From the NCBI RefSeq assembly GCF_009914755.1, contig NC_060936.1: DNA of 64,000 bases; one strand, 5' to 3'. Numbering within the stretch: position 1 is the stretch's first letter; each line of letters opens with the position of its first letter. A model generated the notes under the pieces. It was not told where the DNA came from. It made no database searches and saw nothing but the letters and a program-made list of their open reading frames with translations. The DNA comes from the human T2T-CHM13v2.0 reference genome, Homo sapiens. Below are positions 40,756 through 53,899 of this stretch, in pieces. Position numbers and translations under genes: made by a program.

Positions 40756-41210
40756 ACCAGCACACAGCCGGGACAGACAGCCTGGGGGAGCCTGTCAGCC
40801 TCAGGAGACCCCCCCCACAGGCCCACCCCAGCTGCCCAGCTTCCCCAGGGGTCCCAGCTGGGGTCCCACTTGTAGGAGCCACCTGGAGTGTGACTCGTCA
40901 TGCGCTGGGAGCAGCACGTTCTCGCTGCAGAGTGTCTGCTAAAGCGCATTTCACACCGTACTGTGAGCTCCGTCGCTGAACACTCGGCAGCCGCGGCTGC
41001 ACATGGAGGGTGGCTGTGCGTTTGGTTCCCTGCATTAACCCAGTGGGCTCCACATAGGAGGGCGCCGCCCACACATCCGGCTGGCACTCACCACCCTCCG
41101 TGCACTGGGGGGTTTATTCTTCCACCAGGTCATTCATTCGACGTGAATGCCTCATAATTGCAGTTGCCAGGAGGGGATTTTTCCCCTTTTGACTGTTTCA
41201 GGGGACATTG

Positions 41211-41460
41211 CAGTCAGTGTGTTCTTCGTAGAGCTCTGCTTACTGAAAACGGAGAACGGACAGTCAGTGTGTTCTTCGTAGGGCTCTGCTTACTGAAAAC
41301 GGAGAACGGACAGTCAGTGTGTTCTTCGTAGGGCTCTGCTTACTGAAAACGGAGAACGGACAGTCAGTGTGTTCTTCGTAGGGCTCTGCTTACTGAAAAC
41401 GGAGAACGGACAGTCAGTGTGTTCTTTGTAGGGCTCTGCTTACTGAAAACGGAGAACGGA
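41211..41460. repeat. 50-bp VNTR x5, near-identical
   Basis: cagtcagtgtgttcttcgtagggctctgcttactgaaaacggagaacgga at 41211, 41261, 41311, 41361, 41411. Confidence 0.97.
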
Positions 41461-42103
41461 TTTGTTTTCGGGATTATCACACCCCCACCCTAACCAGCCA
41501 AGCTGACAAATGGCGCTGGCATCGAGTGTCTAACCCTGAGCGGCCGTGGCCCTCCGTGCGCTGCCAGCCCCTCCTCTGCCCCCGGCTGTCCTGACCCCAG
41601 GGGCTCCCAGGCTCTGCCCACCATCAGGAGCTGGGGTGCCTGGATCTCCCAGCCCATGTGGTGCCATCGATCCCCTCAGGGGGTCACTGGGGACAGTGGG
41701 GCTGTCCTGGGCCGGAGGCTGCCCTCCTTCCTGGTGTGAGGAAGGCTCTGGCTGGCCCAGGATGGGGGTCTTCATGGCCGCCCTGCTCTGAGGGTCTGGC
41801 CAGTGAGGGCTCCTCTCGGGCTGCAGGGCCAGTCTTGTCCCCATCGCTGGCTAGTCGGCCTGGCTGTGCCCCTTTGTCCATCCCACCCGGGGGGCTGTGA
41901 TCCAGGTCTGTCTGGTGCAGCACTGGGCCCTGGCCCAGGTTCCTCCTAACCGCCCCGACCACCTGGGCCTGCTGGTACCTCCCTCTCCTGGCAGCAGCCA
42001 GGGCCGCCCCACCCGTGCCCCTGCAGCCTGGCTGCTGCCGTGCCCCGGGGGGTGACACTGGTTGGTGGGGCCCCGACTCACTTCTGTCTCTCTGTCCCTG
42101 CAG

Positions 42104-42133
42104 TGTGACAGCGAGAGCGGCCCGGACGACAAG
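42104..42133 (+). CDS. FBRSL1: FBRSL1 exon 5 (30 nt, phase 0/0): CDSESGPDDK
   Basis: Acceptor cttctgtctctctgtccctgcag|TGT, donor AAG|gtaagc; resembles AUTS2 CDSDSDQEEK. Confidence 0.93.
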
Positions 42134-44120
42134 GTAAGCCCAGCGTCCTCCTCCTGGGCTCGGCTGACAGCCCTGCCCTTCCCTGCTGACCTTGGCCCTG
42201 TGAGGTGGGCCCTGGAGACCAGGCAGAAGATCGGGCCTTGGGGGGATCCCCCCGCCCGGTGGGTGCAGGGGGCTTGTGGCCTCCCAGGTATGGGGGTGCT
42301 GGCCTCTCCTGGCTGTGGAAGAGCCTGTCCAGGGCTGGGGCCGGTACCGTGTCTGGAGGGACACAGGCCCAGGTGGGCATCAGTGCTGCCCCAGCCAGGA
42401 GGGTGCCCTGGGCAGGGCTGCCATGGGGTCGAGCACATCAGCTCCAGCTCCTGGGCAGCAGAGGGCAGCTGGGCCTGTGCCCCAGGACTGGCCCCATCAG
42501 TCCTGAGGGAGCAGGGGCAGAGCCCAGCCCCCACCCTAAACCCGGTGGCCCCCAGAACCAGGAGGTAGATGCGCAGCCTATGACCACATCACAGTCACCC
42601 TCAGTGCTCAGGAGCAAGCAGGATTCCTGCAGCCTCAGCCAGGAGTGAACCCCCCGGGCAGCCCCTGAGCCACGTCCCCTCAGCCTCGGAGCAGCCTCCG
42701 GGGGGGCTCTCCTTCTGCCCCGCTTGCCCCAGAGCCCTGCGGGGAGGAACCGTCACCTGCTGTGGCCGAGGAGCATCAGGCCCCGGAGGGCGAGGAGGCC
42801 AGGCAGGTGGCGTGAGGTCCCGGCCCGTAACCACTGCACCTCACTGTCTCCCTGTGACTGCCAAGGGCTACCCGGGGGCACCTGGACGGGGGTGAGGGCC
42901 CTGCCAGATGTGCCAGGGGAATGGTCACCCCGGCCTCAGGGACGGCCCTGCAGAGGCCCGAGGCGGACTGCATGTGTGCGACGATTCTCGCCCTGAGCCA
43001 GGGAGACGCTGCCCTGGGTTTCCAGGCAGGTTTTTATGAATGGAACAGTTCCATGAGGGGTCTGCACAGGGGTTAGGGGACGCCCACTGTGGCCCGTGGC
43101 CTGGCAGGAGCTGTCTGGGCTGTGGGGTCTCACAGCTGAGGGCCCGGTGGGGGTCCAGATATTGGAGTCAGTGGCGGTGGCCGGGGGAGGAGGGTCTGGG
43201 CGGTTCAGTTTTCGACGTACCAAGAAGTCAAGGTAAGTCGCCGTGGAAGCCAGAGGCCGCACCGTCGCCGCGGCCTGGGGTCTGGGGCAGGCGCCGTGTG
43301 GGCCGCAGTGCCGGGCTCAGCCGTGTCTGGGGCTCCAGCATCCTGGGCTGCTTCCAGCCACGATGTCCCTGCCCAACACACCTCTCCTCGCCCGTCCGCA
43401 GATGGACACTGTTGGGGACGCGTCCTGGTGGTCACAAAGCCCATAGGAGTGGCCTCACCCGGGACCCCGCGTGGCTCCGCGTGGCCCTCAGCCCCTGCCC
43501 ACAGCTTCCGCGCCCGAACCGTGACGGGCCTAACATTTCAGATGAGTAACCTTGTCCTGATCTCAGGAATGAAATGAGGTCACGGGCACCCAGGAAATAG
43601 CCACTCACCCCCTCCCCACCTCCTTTCATTTAAAAGCAGTTTTTGGGGAAGACACCCTCCACAACCAAGGGTTGCTCTGAGAGAGGCAGGAAGGAGGGGA
43701 TTTCGGGAGCCTGGGGCCTACTGGGGGCTCCCTCTCCCCTCCCCGCCTGCCTTACCGAGATGAGGCAAAGCCACCTGTGGCCCCGGAGGCCAGGTCCACG
43801 TGGAGTCGGCGATGCCGGCGGGGAAGGCTGACAGCCGCCCCCATAACTGCACGCCCCCCATGTCCAGCAACCAAGGGTAACGCCAGCATCCGAGACCCAA
43901 ACGATGTCTGTGCAGGCTGTGCCTGCAGAGATGCGGCCCCTGCCCGGGCCTGGGCTGGAGGCCGAGGGGTCCATGGGAGAGCACAGGCTGAAAGAGGGTT
44001 CTAGAATGGGGTCAGGTGGAGTCTGCACACTGGGGCGTTTATTTCTGAGACGCCCAAGCAGCCCCAGGGGAGATGACCAGCTCTGGGCGGTGTCGGGGAG
44101 GCTGAGTCCAGTCCAGGGCT

Positions 44121-44382
44121 CTGCACACGGAGGGTCCCGGCAGGGCGAGTTTGGCATTCCTGCACACGGAGGGTCCCGGCAGGGAGAGTTTGGCATTCCT
44201 GCACACGGAGGGTCCCGGCAGGGCGAGTTTGGCATTCCGTGCCGTTGGGGCCGTGTTGGGGCTTCTAGGGCTGTGGTGGCCACAGGTCCTGAGGAGGACA
44301 GCAGGGGAGGGAGAGGGGCTGCGGAGGACGGCAGGGGAGCGGAGAGGGGCTGCGGAGGACGGCAGGGGAGCGGAGAGGGGCT
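44121..44382. repeat. 39-bp repeat x3 (44121-44238) and ~31-bp repeat x3 (44295-44382)
   Basis: ctgcacacggagggtcccggcaggg at 44121, 44160, 44199; gaggacggcaggggagcggagaggggctgcg. Confidence 0.88.
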
Positions 44383-46489
44383 GCCAGCCTTTCTCCAGGG
44401 CAGAACTTCGGGTCACGTCCACTCTGGGGAGAGCAGAGAGGCCTGGCGGGGCGGGGACGGAGAAGGCAGCTCCGCCAAACACTGAGTCCCCGTGATGGTG
44501 GCTCCTTCTGGCTGCGGCAAGGTCTGAGCGCCGGCGCACAAAGCGGGGGCACGGTGCTGGCAGAGTGGGTGGGACCTGCCTGTGGCCCCGTTTGCTTCTG
44601 TTGGGGGGCAGCTCCCGGAGGCTGCTCGGGCAGAGCAGCAGGGTGGGCCAGGAAAACTGCAGGGGCCTCTCCTTGTTGGCCCGTCAGCCTGTCCGTCTGT
44701 GTGACCTTGGGGCATGCTCTGAGGGGTGTGTCCCAGGCTGACTCAAGACAGCTAAGCCAGAGGTGGGGACGACCCTGGTGCGTTCTGGGAGCCGGCAGTG
44801 CATCCTGGGCTGCAGCGGAGCGAGAGAGAGGAGCCCAGAGCCGGCAGCAGGAGTTTCCGTTTCCCTCCGAGTGCATGGGATGCTGCACCGTAGGACTCCC
44901 CCGTCCAGACGTCTCCGTTTCCCCATGGCATCCAGCCCCTGATGCTCAGAAATTAGCTTCCTGAGTTTGGGAGAGTTGGGAGGGCAGGAGGCCTCAGGTC
45001 CCTCCTGGTCTTCTCTGCCCGGCGCTGGGTTCAGGGGGTCAGGAACTTACGCTGGGCGGAGGGTGTGCGTGGAGCCCATCCAGACGCACACAGAGGCGTA
45101 GGCAGGTGTGGGAAGTCAGCCAGCACCCCACTGGCCGTCCCCAGCCCTCCTCCCTACCCGCTGGGAGCAGAGGCACCCAGATCTCTGTCCCTGGGCACTG
45201 CTGTGCGAGGCCGGCACCCCTGCCAGGGAGCAGGCAGGAGGGACAGAGCCCTGCAGGCTCCAGATGGCAGAATTCCCGGCTCTGAGACAGGAACATGGGG
45301 GTGCTTCGCATCAGCAGTGCCCAGAGCCCCTCAGCAGCCCCGGGCTTGTGTGGAACCCGTCTGTGAACTGGATATGGAAGGAAGGTCCCCGAGTGCCCAC
45401 ATTTACAGGGACCCTCAGAGACCTCACTCAGACCTGGGAGGCCCATTGCTCACATGGCCTGGCTGCTCCCGGTGGGCAGAAGATGGAGAAGCCACAGACA
45501 GCGTCCTGCGTGGGGTCTGTGGGCGCTGACCCAGCAGCCGTGCAGGGAACAGCCCTGCCCGCAGAAGCGGATGCCGGGGCAGGTGGCAGTGCACCCCGAG
45601 GAAGCCTTCTGGACGGAGTGGTGGGGAGGGCGCGGGCGCATGTCTCAGGCCAGTGCACTTCACATCTCATCCCACACCTGCGGGTTTGAGCTTGGTTTGG
45701 GGTGCCAGCTCCCACCTGGCCAGCCACCCCTTGGGGACTCACCCTGGGCTCTCCTGCCAATCAAGGTGGAGACTTTGGGACAGCCCTCCTCCACGTGAAC
45801 AGACTGACCGAGACACCTCTCCACCACCTCCCTCACACTGTGCCCGCCCAGCCGCCCCCTCCCCTGGCCCTTGGCAGGAGGCTCCTTGGCAGCTGACGGG
45901 AGGCTCGGGCACTGCCAGATGGCCCCTTCGCAAGTCTTCGGTTTGTGTCTAACCACTTTTTCCTTGGAAAAGTGTGGGGTGAAGAGCGATATGGGACTCC
46001 ATAGGCAGCCGCCAGGTGGTGGTGGCCTCGCTCCTCCTGCTGCCGGGGGCTGCCACGGCCACCTCCAGGGATGGCTGTCTGGCCCGTCTGTGGAAGCCCA
46101 TCAGGAAGCACCCCCAGTGCCGGGCCTCAGCCAAGAGCACCGGCCTGGAAGGGGCAGGGCTGGGGGACAGTGGCATGAGGTCAGACATGGCGTGGGGCCG
46201 ACCCCGCAGGCAGCCCACCATCCACAGCCTCCATGTTCTGTCTGCAAAATGGGGCCACAGTGGGGCCTGGGCAGAGGAGAGAACTGCCCACTGCCCCAAG
46301 CACGGTCCCCAGAGAGCTGGAGGCCAGCCAGTCCTCCACACCCAGCCCCTCCCCAGCAGACCCTTCTTCCAGTGGGGCGCTGTGCCCGACTGGGTCCTCT
46401 CTGAACCTCTGCCTTTTCGTCACTGAAGTTCGTAGGTTCTTGTTCTTGGGAACTGTGAGTTCAGGCACTACCAGCACGACAGCCAGAGG

Positions 46490-47022
46490 GACGGACGGAC
46501 GGCTGGACAGGCTGGAGGCCCCTGCCATGGGCACTCACCCCGTGGGACAGACAGAAGGATGGATGGACGGTTGGACAGGCTGGAGGCCCCTGCCTTGGGG
46601 CACTCACCCCGCAGGATGGACAGAAGGGCGGATGGATGGCTGGACAGGCTGGAGGCCCCTGCTATGGGGCACTCACCCCACGGGACAGACAAAGGATGGA
46701 TGGACAGCTGGACAGGCTGGAGGCCCCTGCCATGGGCACTCACCCCGCGGGACAGACAGAAGGACGGATGGACGGCTGGACAGGCTGGAGGCCCCTTCCA
46801 TGGGGCACTCACCCCGTGCGACAGACAGAAGGACGGATGGACGGCTGGACGGGCCGGAGGCCCCTGCCGTGGACACTCACCCCGCAGGACAGACAGAAGG
46901 ACGGATGGACGGCTGGACAGGCTGGAGGCCCCTGCCGTGGACACTCACCCCGCAGGACAGACAGAAGGACGGATGGACGGCTGGACAGGCTGGAGGCCCC
47001 TGCCGTGGGCGCTCACCCCGCA
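46490..47022. repeat. ~68-bp VNTR x~8
   Basis: ggacggatggacggctggacaggctggaggcccctgccatgggcactcaccccgcgggacagacagaa. Confidence 0.93.
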
Positions 47023-47904
47023 GTTGCTGGGCCTCCGTGGGGTCCTGGGAAATTTCAACAGCAGTCCAGTGTGCGGGCCGCGCCTTTGTTCTGTCCAGCC
47101 AGCGGCCCAGGCTGCGCCTTTGTTGTATCTGGCCGCCGGCAGGCCAGGCACCTTCTGAGGAAGGGTTGCTGCGTGTCTGTGGCTCACGGAGGCCTTCCTC
47201 TGTGTGTGACTCACACCCCCCACCCACCCCAGCCCACTTCTGGGAGCATCTTCCTGGGGGCTTTGGAGGCCCATCCATTCTTCCCTAGGGACAAAAGTGC
47301 AGGGAGCGGCGTCCCAGGTGCCACCGTCTCTGGGGAACGTGGGCCAGGACTCCCTTTGCTGGACACAGACCGTGCCCACACCGGGTGACCGTGGGGTGAC
47401 CTCACAGGGTGTGTGGGGTTCCGAAGCCGCCACCCTCCTTCCTGAGCCTGCACTTTGACCTGGGACTGCTGAGCCCAGAAGGGCCTTGAGAGGGCTGGCT
47501 CAGTGGCACGTGGGGGCCTTGGGTGGTTGGGTCCCCGAGACAGGCCATCTCGCTCCTTGTGTGGCAGGCTGCGGGGCCCTGCTTGCCTGGGTCCCACGTG
47601 GTAGAACTCGGCGTTTGGTGGGGGCCTGCTGGGGACAGGAAGGGACAGCACCCCACCCTGAGCTGGCACTCATGCTTCACTGGAGCCAGGCGGAGGGGCC
47701 GAGGGCACCGGCACAAGGTGCAGACGTGTCGGTCCCTTTGAGGACCGAGATCATGACCACCACGGAGCAAGCGCCCGGGTCCTCAGATCAAAGGCCCAAT
47801 AGCCAGTGAGGCTTCTCTGCACTGGTCCCAGCAGAAGCGGGGCCTGGCTGAGGCAGTGGCATCAGAGACTCGGGGCAATGGGAGTGCGAGGGGGGTCTCA
47901 GCGT

Positions 47905-48075
47905 CCCACAGCTGCTGTAACAAGTCGCCGTAAACACAGTCACTCAAAACGGCACGAGCTGATGGCAGCAGTGGAGCTGGAGGTCCAGGATGGGTCTCAC
48001 CAGGCTGAAGTCAAGGTACCGACCTCAGGGGAATTGGTGTCCTGCCTTTCCCAGCCTCAGAGGCCCCACTTGGCT
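47905..48075. mobile_element. MLT1 (ERVL-MaLR) LTR fragment
   Basis: gctgctgtaacaa...ctggaggtccaggatgggtctcaccaggctgaagtcaagg. Confidence 0.6.
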
Positions 48076-48663
48076 GTACCTGGGCAGCTGCTCCGCTCCA
48101 CGGGCCTAGCCTCGCTCACAGGGCTCCAAGAACAGAGCCTGGATCGTCCTGAGGGCCCCGTGATGTCCCCGTCACAGCAAAGGAAGATTTAGGATGCACT
48201 GGAAGCCCAGAAGTCCAGAGAAGGGGCTCAGAGCCATCGGTCGCCACGGGGCACCTCGGGGGTCCCACGAACACTGCAGCGGGCGTCAGACCCTCAAGCG
48301 TCGGTAAGGGCCTCACCGCCTTGGGAGGGGTCAGCAGTTACCGGAGGACTCTGGGCAGTGGCAGGGAGCAGCAACAAGGGCCCCCCATTCAGGCCCTCAC
48401 CCCCGGCACTTGGAGGAGGTGCCGCCCCTGCCTCGGAAGCCTCGAGGGCAACCTGCACCCTCAGGAGGCCCAGCTGGGGGCGTCACTGCAGGGCACCGGC
48501 AGAAACTGGGGTCTGAAAACAGCAGCCCAGAGTGGATTTGGAACAGAACAGCGTGTCACAGAAAGGATGTTTCATGAGGTGGGTTTTGATGAGTATGTTT
48601 AAATAAATGTAACTTAATTGATGTTAAATATGCATCTTAATGCTTTTCTAAAATGTGCAATTG

Positions 48664-49107
<444 letters not shown>

Positions 49108-49442
49108 CTATATCTCGAAATCGGAAACCAGACATTCTGAAGACAAGCTTGTGTGGCCTTTGGCGCCATCCTGCCCCCTGCTGGGGGCGACCTCCACCGC
49201 AGACGACCTTCTGAGCCCTGGTTTCCTTGCCTGTAAAATGGAGTAGCGCCTGCCAAGGACGGCTGTGGGGATGGCTGAATTCAATGCATTTGGGGGAGGT
49301 ACGTGTTTCCTGTGATTTAATATTTCACGAACGTTAAACCTGTGCTGGGCACAGCTCTCCCTCGGGTGGGAGTGTAGCTGTGGTGTATCTCTGGAGGGGG
49401 GTCACGGCTTTCTCTGGCAGGCAGCATGGGGCCCTGGTGTCC

Positions 49443-49745
49443 CGTGGCCTCCACGGTAGCCGCCCCACCCGAGCGTGAGCGTGGCCTCCACGGTAGCCGC
49501 CCCACCCGAGCGTGAGCGTGGCCTCCACGGTAGCCGCCCCACCCGAGCGTGAGCGTGGCCTCCACGGTAGCCGCCCCACCCGAGCGTGAGCGTGGCCTCC
49601 ACGGTAGCCGCAGCACCCGAGCGTGAGCGTGGCCTCCACGGTAGCCGCCCCACCCGAGCGTGAGCGTGGCCTCCACGGTAGCCGCCCCACCCGAGCGTGA
49701 GCGTGGGGGCCACGGTAGCCGCCTCACCCGAGCGTGAGCGTGGGG
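49443..49745. repeat. 37-bp CpG-rich VNTR x8 (cgtggcctccacggtagccgccccacccgagcgtgag)
   Basis: Period 37. Confidence 0.96.
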
Positions 49746-49749
49746 GCCA

Positions 49750-49985
49750 CACCCACAAGTCTGGCATCATGGTGTTGGGTTCATGCTCCCTCCAGAGGCC
49801 CCAGAGGAGGATCCTTCCTGCCTCTTCCCACTCCTGCTGACTCCGGCATCCCTGGCTGGTGGTTGCATTGCTCCTATCTCTGCCCCTGTCCGTCCTCACA
49901 TGGCCCCTCCTCTGTGTGTGTCTTTGTGTCTCTTCTCCTCAAAATGACGCCAGTCCTCGGATTTAGGTCCACCTGGATAACCTGG
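49750..49985. mobile_element. MLT1B/C-like LTR fragment
   Basis: gctccctccagaggc...gaggatccttcctgcctcttcc...cacatggcc...ggatttagg. Confidence 0.7.
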
Positions 49986-50627
49986 GAGGGCCCCATCTGA
50001 GGGTCAGGATGGGTGTGGGCTTGGGGCCTGCAGGCGGCCCCACCTTTCTCCCCGCAGGCACTCGTGCCTGTGTACCAGCCTTCAGGGCCGGTTGTGGCCT
50101 CGGGGTTCCAGGAGGCGCTGCCATCCAGGGCCTCGGGCACAGCATCCCTGGGCTCTTCCCCCAGCCCCTGGGGTCCTCTCTTCTCAGAGGCTTTCCCTGG
50201 GTTTCTGTGTTTCCGCGAAGTTCCGGTGCCTTCTGCACTTTCCCTGGGAGCTGAAATTCGCTAGGATTTGCATTTCCAGGCCGGCAGCCTCCAGGGATGC
50301 TGAGCAGCATCTGAACATCCCTATAGGTGGTTCTGGCTTTTGCTTTTCTCCCGACATTCCGGGTGGAGATGGTGAACACACGCTTCTCCGGGCTCCCCCT
50401 GATGCTGCCCTCAGGCCTTGGGGGTCTGGCCTACCCCTCACCTATGCACCACAGCCTTGCTCAGAGAGTGCACACCTCTGCGACAGACAGAACCTCAGAG
50501 TCGTTCCATGGCAAAGCCACACTGCCAGCGTGGCTGTGGCCTACACAGGCCGGGCAACAGCAGGCGCAGGCCCTACCCCCCACGCCACGACTCAAGGCCC
50601 AAGCCTGCTGGGTGCGTCTGAGTGTTC

Positions 50628-51062
50628 GTCCTGTGGGACGCTCCTCTCCAGGCCTTCGTGCTGCACCCCAACCCCTGTCCTGTGGGACGCTCCTCTCCAG
50701 GCCTTCCTGCTGCCCCCGCCACCCACCCCCCTCCTGTGGGACGCTCCTCTCCAGGCCTTCATGCTGCCTCCAACCCCTGTCCTGTGGGACGCTCCTCTCC
50801 AGGCCTTCATGCTGCCTCCAACCCCTGTCCTGTGGGACGCTCCTCTCCAGGCCTTCGTGCTGCACCCCCCTCCACCCACCCCCCTCCTGTGGGACGCTCC
50901 TCTCCAGGCCTTCATGCTGCCTCCAACCCCTGTCCTGTGGGACGCTCCTCTCCAGGCCTTCGTGCTGCACCCCCCTCCACCCACCCCTGTCCTGTGGGAC
51001 GCTCTTCTTCAGGCCCTTGTGCTGCCCCCCAACCCCCGTCCCGTGGGAGGTTCCTCTCCAGG
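50628..51062. repeat. ~48-56 bp VNTR x~8 (cctgtgggacgctcctctccaggccttc...)
   Basis: Visible tandem units. Confidence 0.92.
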
Positions 51063-53553
51063 CGTGAGAGGACACGGCCCAATTCAAGGACACGTGCCCC
51101 GCGGAGTGGCAGCCTTGAGGAAGCAGTCTTGTGGTCTCCTGGCCCCAGCGCTCGGCTAACCATGGCCGAATGGAGGTTGGGTGCCCCCCAGGGTGGTTTC
51201 CAGGGCGATCCGGTGTCCTGGGGTGGCTGGGGCAGCATGGCTGAGAGGACCCTGTGTGCTCTGCACTCCTGGTTAATGGTTGGGGCCTCCAGCACCTTCC
51301 CATGCCTTCCCATGATGGCACCCCCTGGCCACCCGCTGCGTAACGATGGCAGACGCAGTTACAGTGTTGGTTTCTGAACCGTAAGCTCTGGATAAATGTG
51401 CCTCTGAACACCACCGTCAAGTCCCTAACTGGATTATGTATATTTGGCCTGGAAGCCTGATACTTAATATCAGCCTGCTCTCCGGTGAATGCCTTTCTTC
51501 CCCCGGATAATCTATTCCCACTCCGCTTCCTTCTAGACTTCTAACCTCATTACATCTTTCATATCAGAGCTACTCTCCTTTCTAAACAAAACACAGACCT
51601 GCCCCTGGTTCTGAGTCTAGTTTCACCCCCAAACTGGGGCGCAGGGCTGTGGGGCGGGGCTCGGGGCTCGGGGCTGGGTTTTCGGCCCCGTTGACCCAGG
51701 CCAGGATCTCTGCCTGTTCCAGGATGGTCAGTGCTGAAGGCGGCCTCAGGACTGAGGTTAGAAAGTGGGGTTGGAAGCCTCGTTTGTGGCAGGAAGATGG
51801 CTTCTCCTGTGATTCCAGTGGTGAGGTCCCAAGAGAGGAGCCGGCCACATTGAGACTGGCCGTAGCCCAATTGGAGCTGGCCAGTTGCTGCCCCTCAATT
51901 CCTTCTTCCTGCTCCCCCAACTCCCCAGCCCCCTGGGGTCTCCAGTCAGCAGGGAGAGTGGGCACAGCTTGGCGGGACCGAGGCCTGCTGGGCAGCCGCT
52001 TCCCGTGCCCTGTACCCAGAGAAGGAGCTGATGGCAGCACAGCTTCTCAGGGGGCTGAGGATGCACTGGATCCATCTGTGCCGAGTCCCCAGAGCAGGGC
52101 CCGGAAGAGGGGACTGGGGATGGCATCCTCCCAGGGCCAGGCACGCAGGAAGGGGCTGAGCTAGGGTTCTGCCTGAGTCTGTCTTCTCTCCTCCCCTCCC
52201 CCCGCCCGTTCCCTCTCTGTGGGCCTCACCATCTGGACCCCCCATGGACAGAAATGACCTCGTCACAGGGCCCCTTCACGGCCTTTGTCCTCACGGCCCC
52301 TCCTGGCTGGCTTTGCCCAGGCCAGCACCCTGGGCCTGACCTTAACCCTGACTTATCCCTGAGGGCTCCACGCATTTCAAATGGAGCGGCCCCATCCCCA
52401 TCTCAGGAGTGGCCCACCACCTTCCCAGGGGAGTGTCCCTGCTGAGCCATGAGCCCTGCGGCCAGCCTGCCGGCTCAGCCCAGCCCAGCTCTGCCACAGA
52501 GCAGCCACGCCAGCAGCACGTCTGTTTTCTCGTCGGTGAGACGAGTGGTGGCTTATCCAAGTCCTCAGAGTACAGGCTTCAGGGCCCTGTGGCTTGCGGC
52601 ATGCAGTGCGCCCGGAAGTGCCTATGTGGACACAGTGTGTGTGCATGGACGCAAGCGCGTGCCGTTTTCATGGCAGGAAACAGCAGGGCTTTGGGGGCGA
52701 CTTGTTGGTAAAGGGAGTACGTGTATTTGGTAAGTAGTTCAAATAGAACCTGAGGGCTGGAACTCCCTGGCTGAGGCCGACCTTGGTGATTCCTTCTATA
52801 CCGTTGGAGGCATCCTGCGAACGTTGGCGCCTTTGGGAGCAGAAAGTGCTGGTCCAGCTTGCAGAGGGCTCCATCGAACCCGTGTGGGAGCTGCTCCCGC
52901 GGTTTGAATGGCTGCGGGCTCCGCCATGGATAGGCCCTGCCCGGGGCCAGGCCTTCCAAGCCCAGAAATAGAAACGTGGCCACAGCTCCCACCTCAGTCC
53001 CGAAACTGGAGCCCAAGCCCTCTGTCCCTGGCCGCACCAGAGCCGGCCTCCCTGTGTGCTGCCAGCCACGCAGCAGCTTGGAGAGGACCCGTCCTTAAAC
53101 ACTTCCCGACTGCCGGGTCCAGAGCTGCGCCCTCCCTCCCTTACTCATCGCGTTTGAGTTCGCAGTTGGTGTCCTGGTTTTCCACCTGAGTGGGCGCTGG
53201 GATGGAAGGGTCCCGCCCAGGCGTCTGGTGCGGTCAGGCGCACATAAGCAGCCTTTGCAGGAAGCCGTGGCTGGGCCTCGATCCGAGTTCTAGCGCCCCA
53301 CCGTAAGGGAGAGCCAGGTGCTTCCTGTCCCTCCCGGCCACCTCAAGTGTAAAATCACGGGGTTCAGGGCGGTGGTCTTGGGGGCTGCGCTGCACAGCCG
53401 TTTGCAGCTACAGCAGCTGCTCGGAGCTGTCTCCGACTTTGCACCCCCGTTTCACAGAGGGAGAAACCGAGGCCCAGGGAGGGCGGGGCTTGCAGCGGAC
53501 GGGTGGGGGAAGGGCTCCTCCTTTCAGGTCCCAACTCTCCACAGTGGCAATGA

Positions 53554-53865
<312 letters not shown>

Positions 53866-53899
53866 GTCGCCCTTTCTGACTCAGTTTCCCCTTCTGGGA

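Noticed and set aside
41211-41460. CRISPR-like regular repeat
   Set aside because: Head-to-tail identical units with no unique spacers, eukaryotic context and no cas genes. The same holds for the other VNTRs.
42085-42133. SRRM4-type neural microexon regulation of exon 5
   Set aside because: The only UGC is within the ordinary tgcag acceptor and both splice sites are strong, so there is no specific evidence.
46233-47388. 351-aa and 250-aa ORFs
   Set aside because: Generated by the ~68-bp VNTR, with no coding signature.
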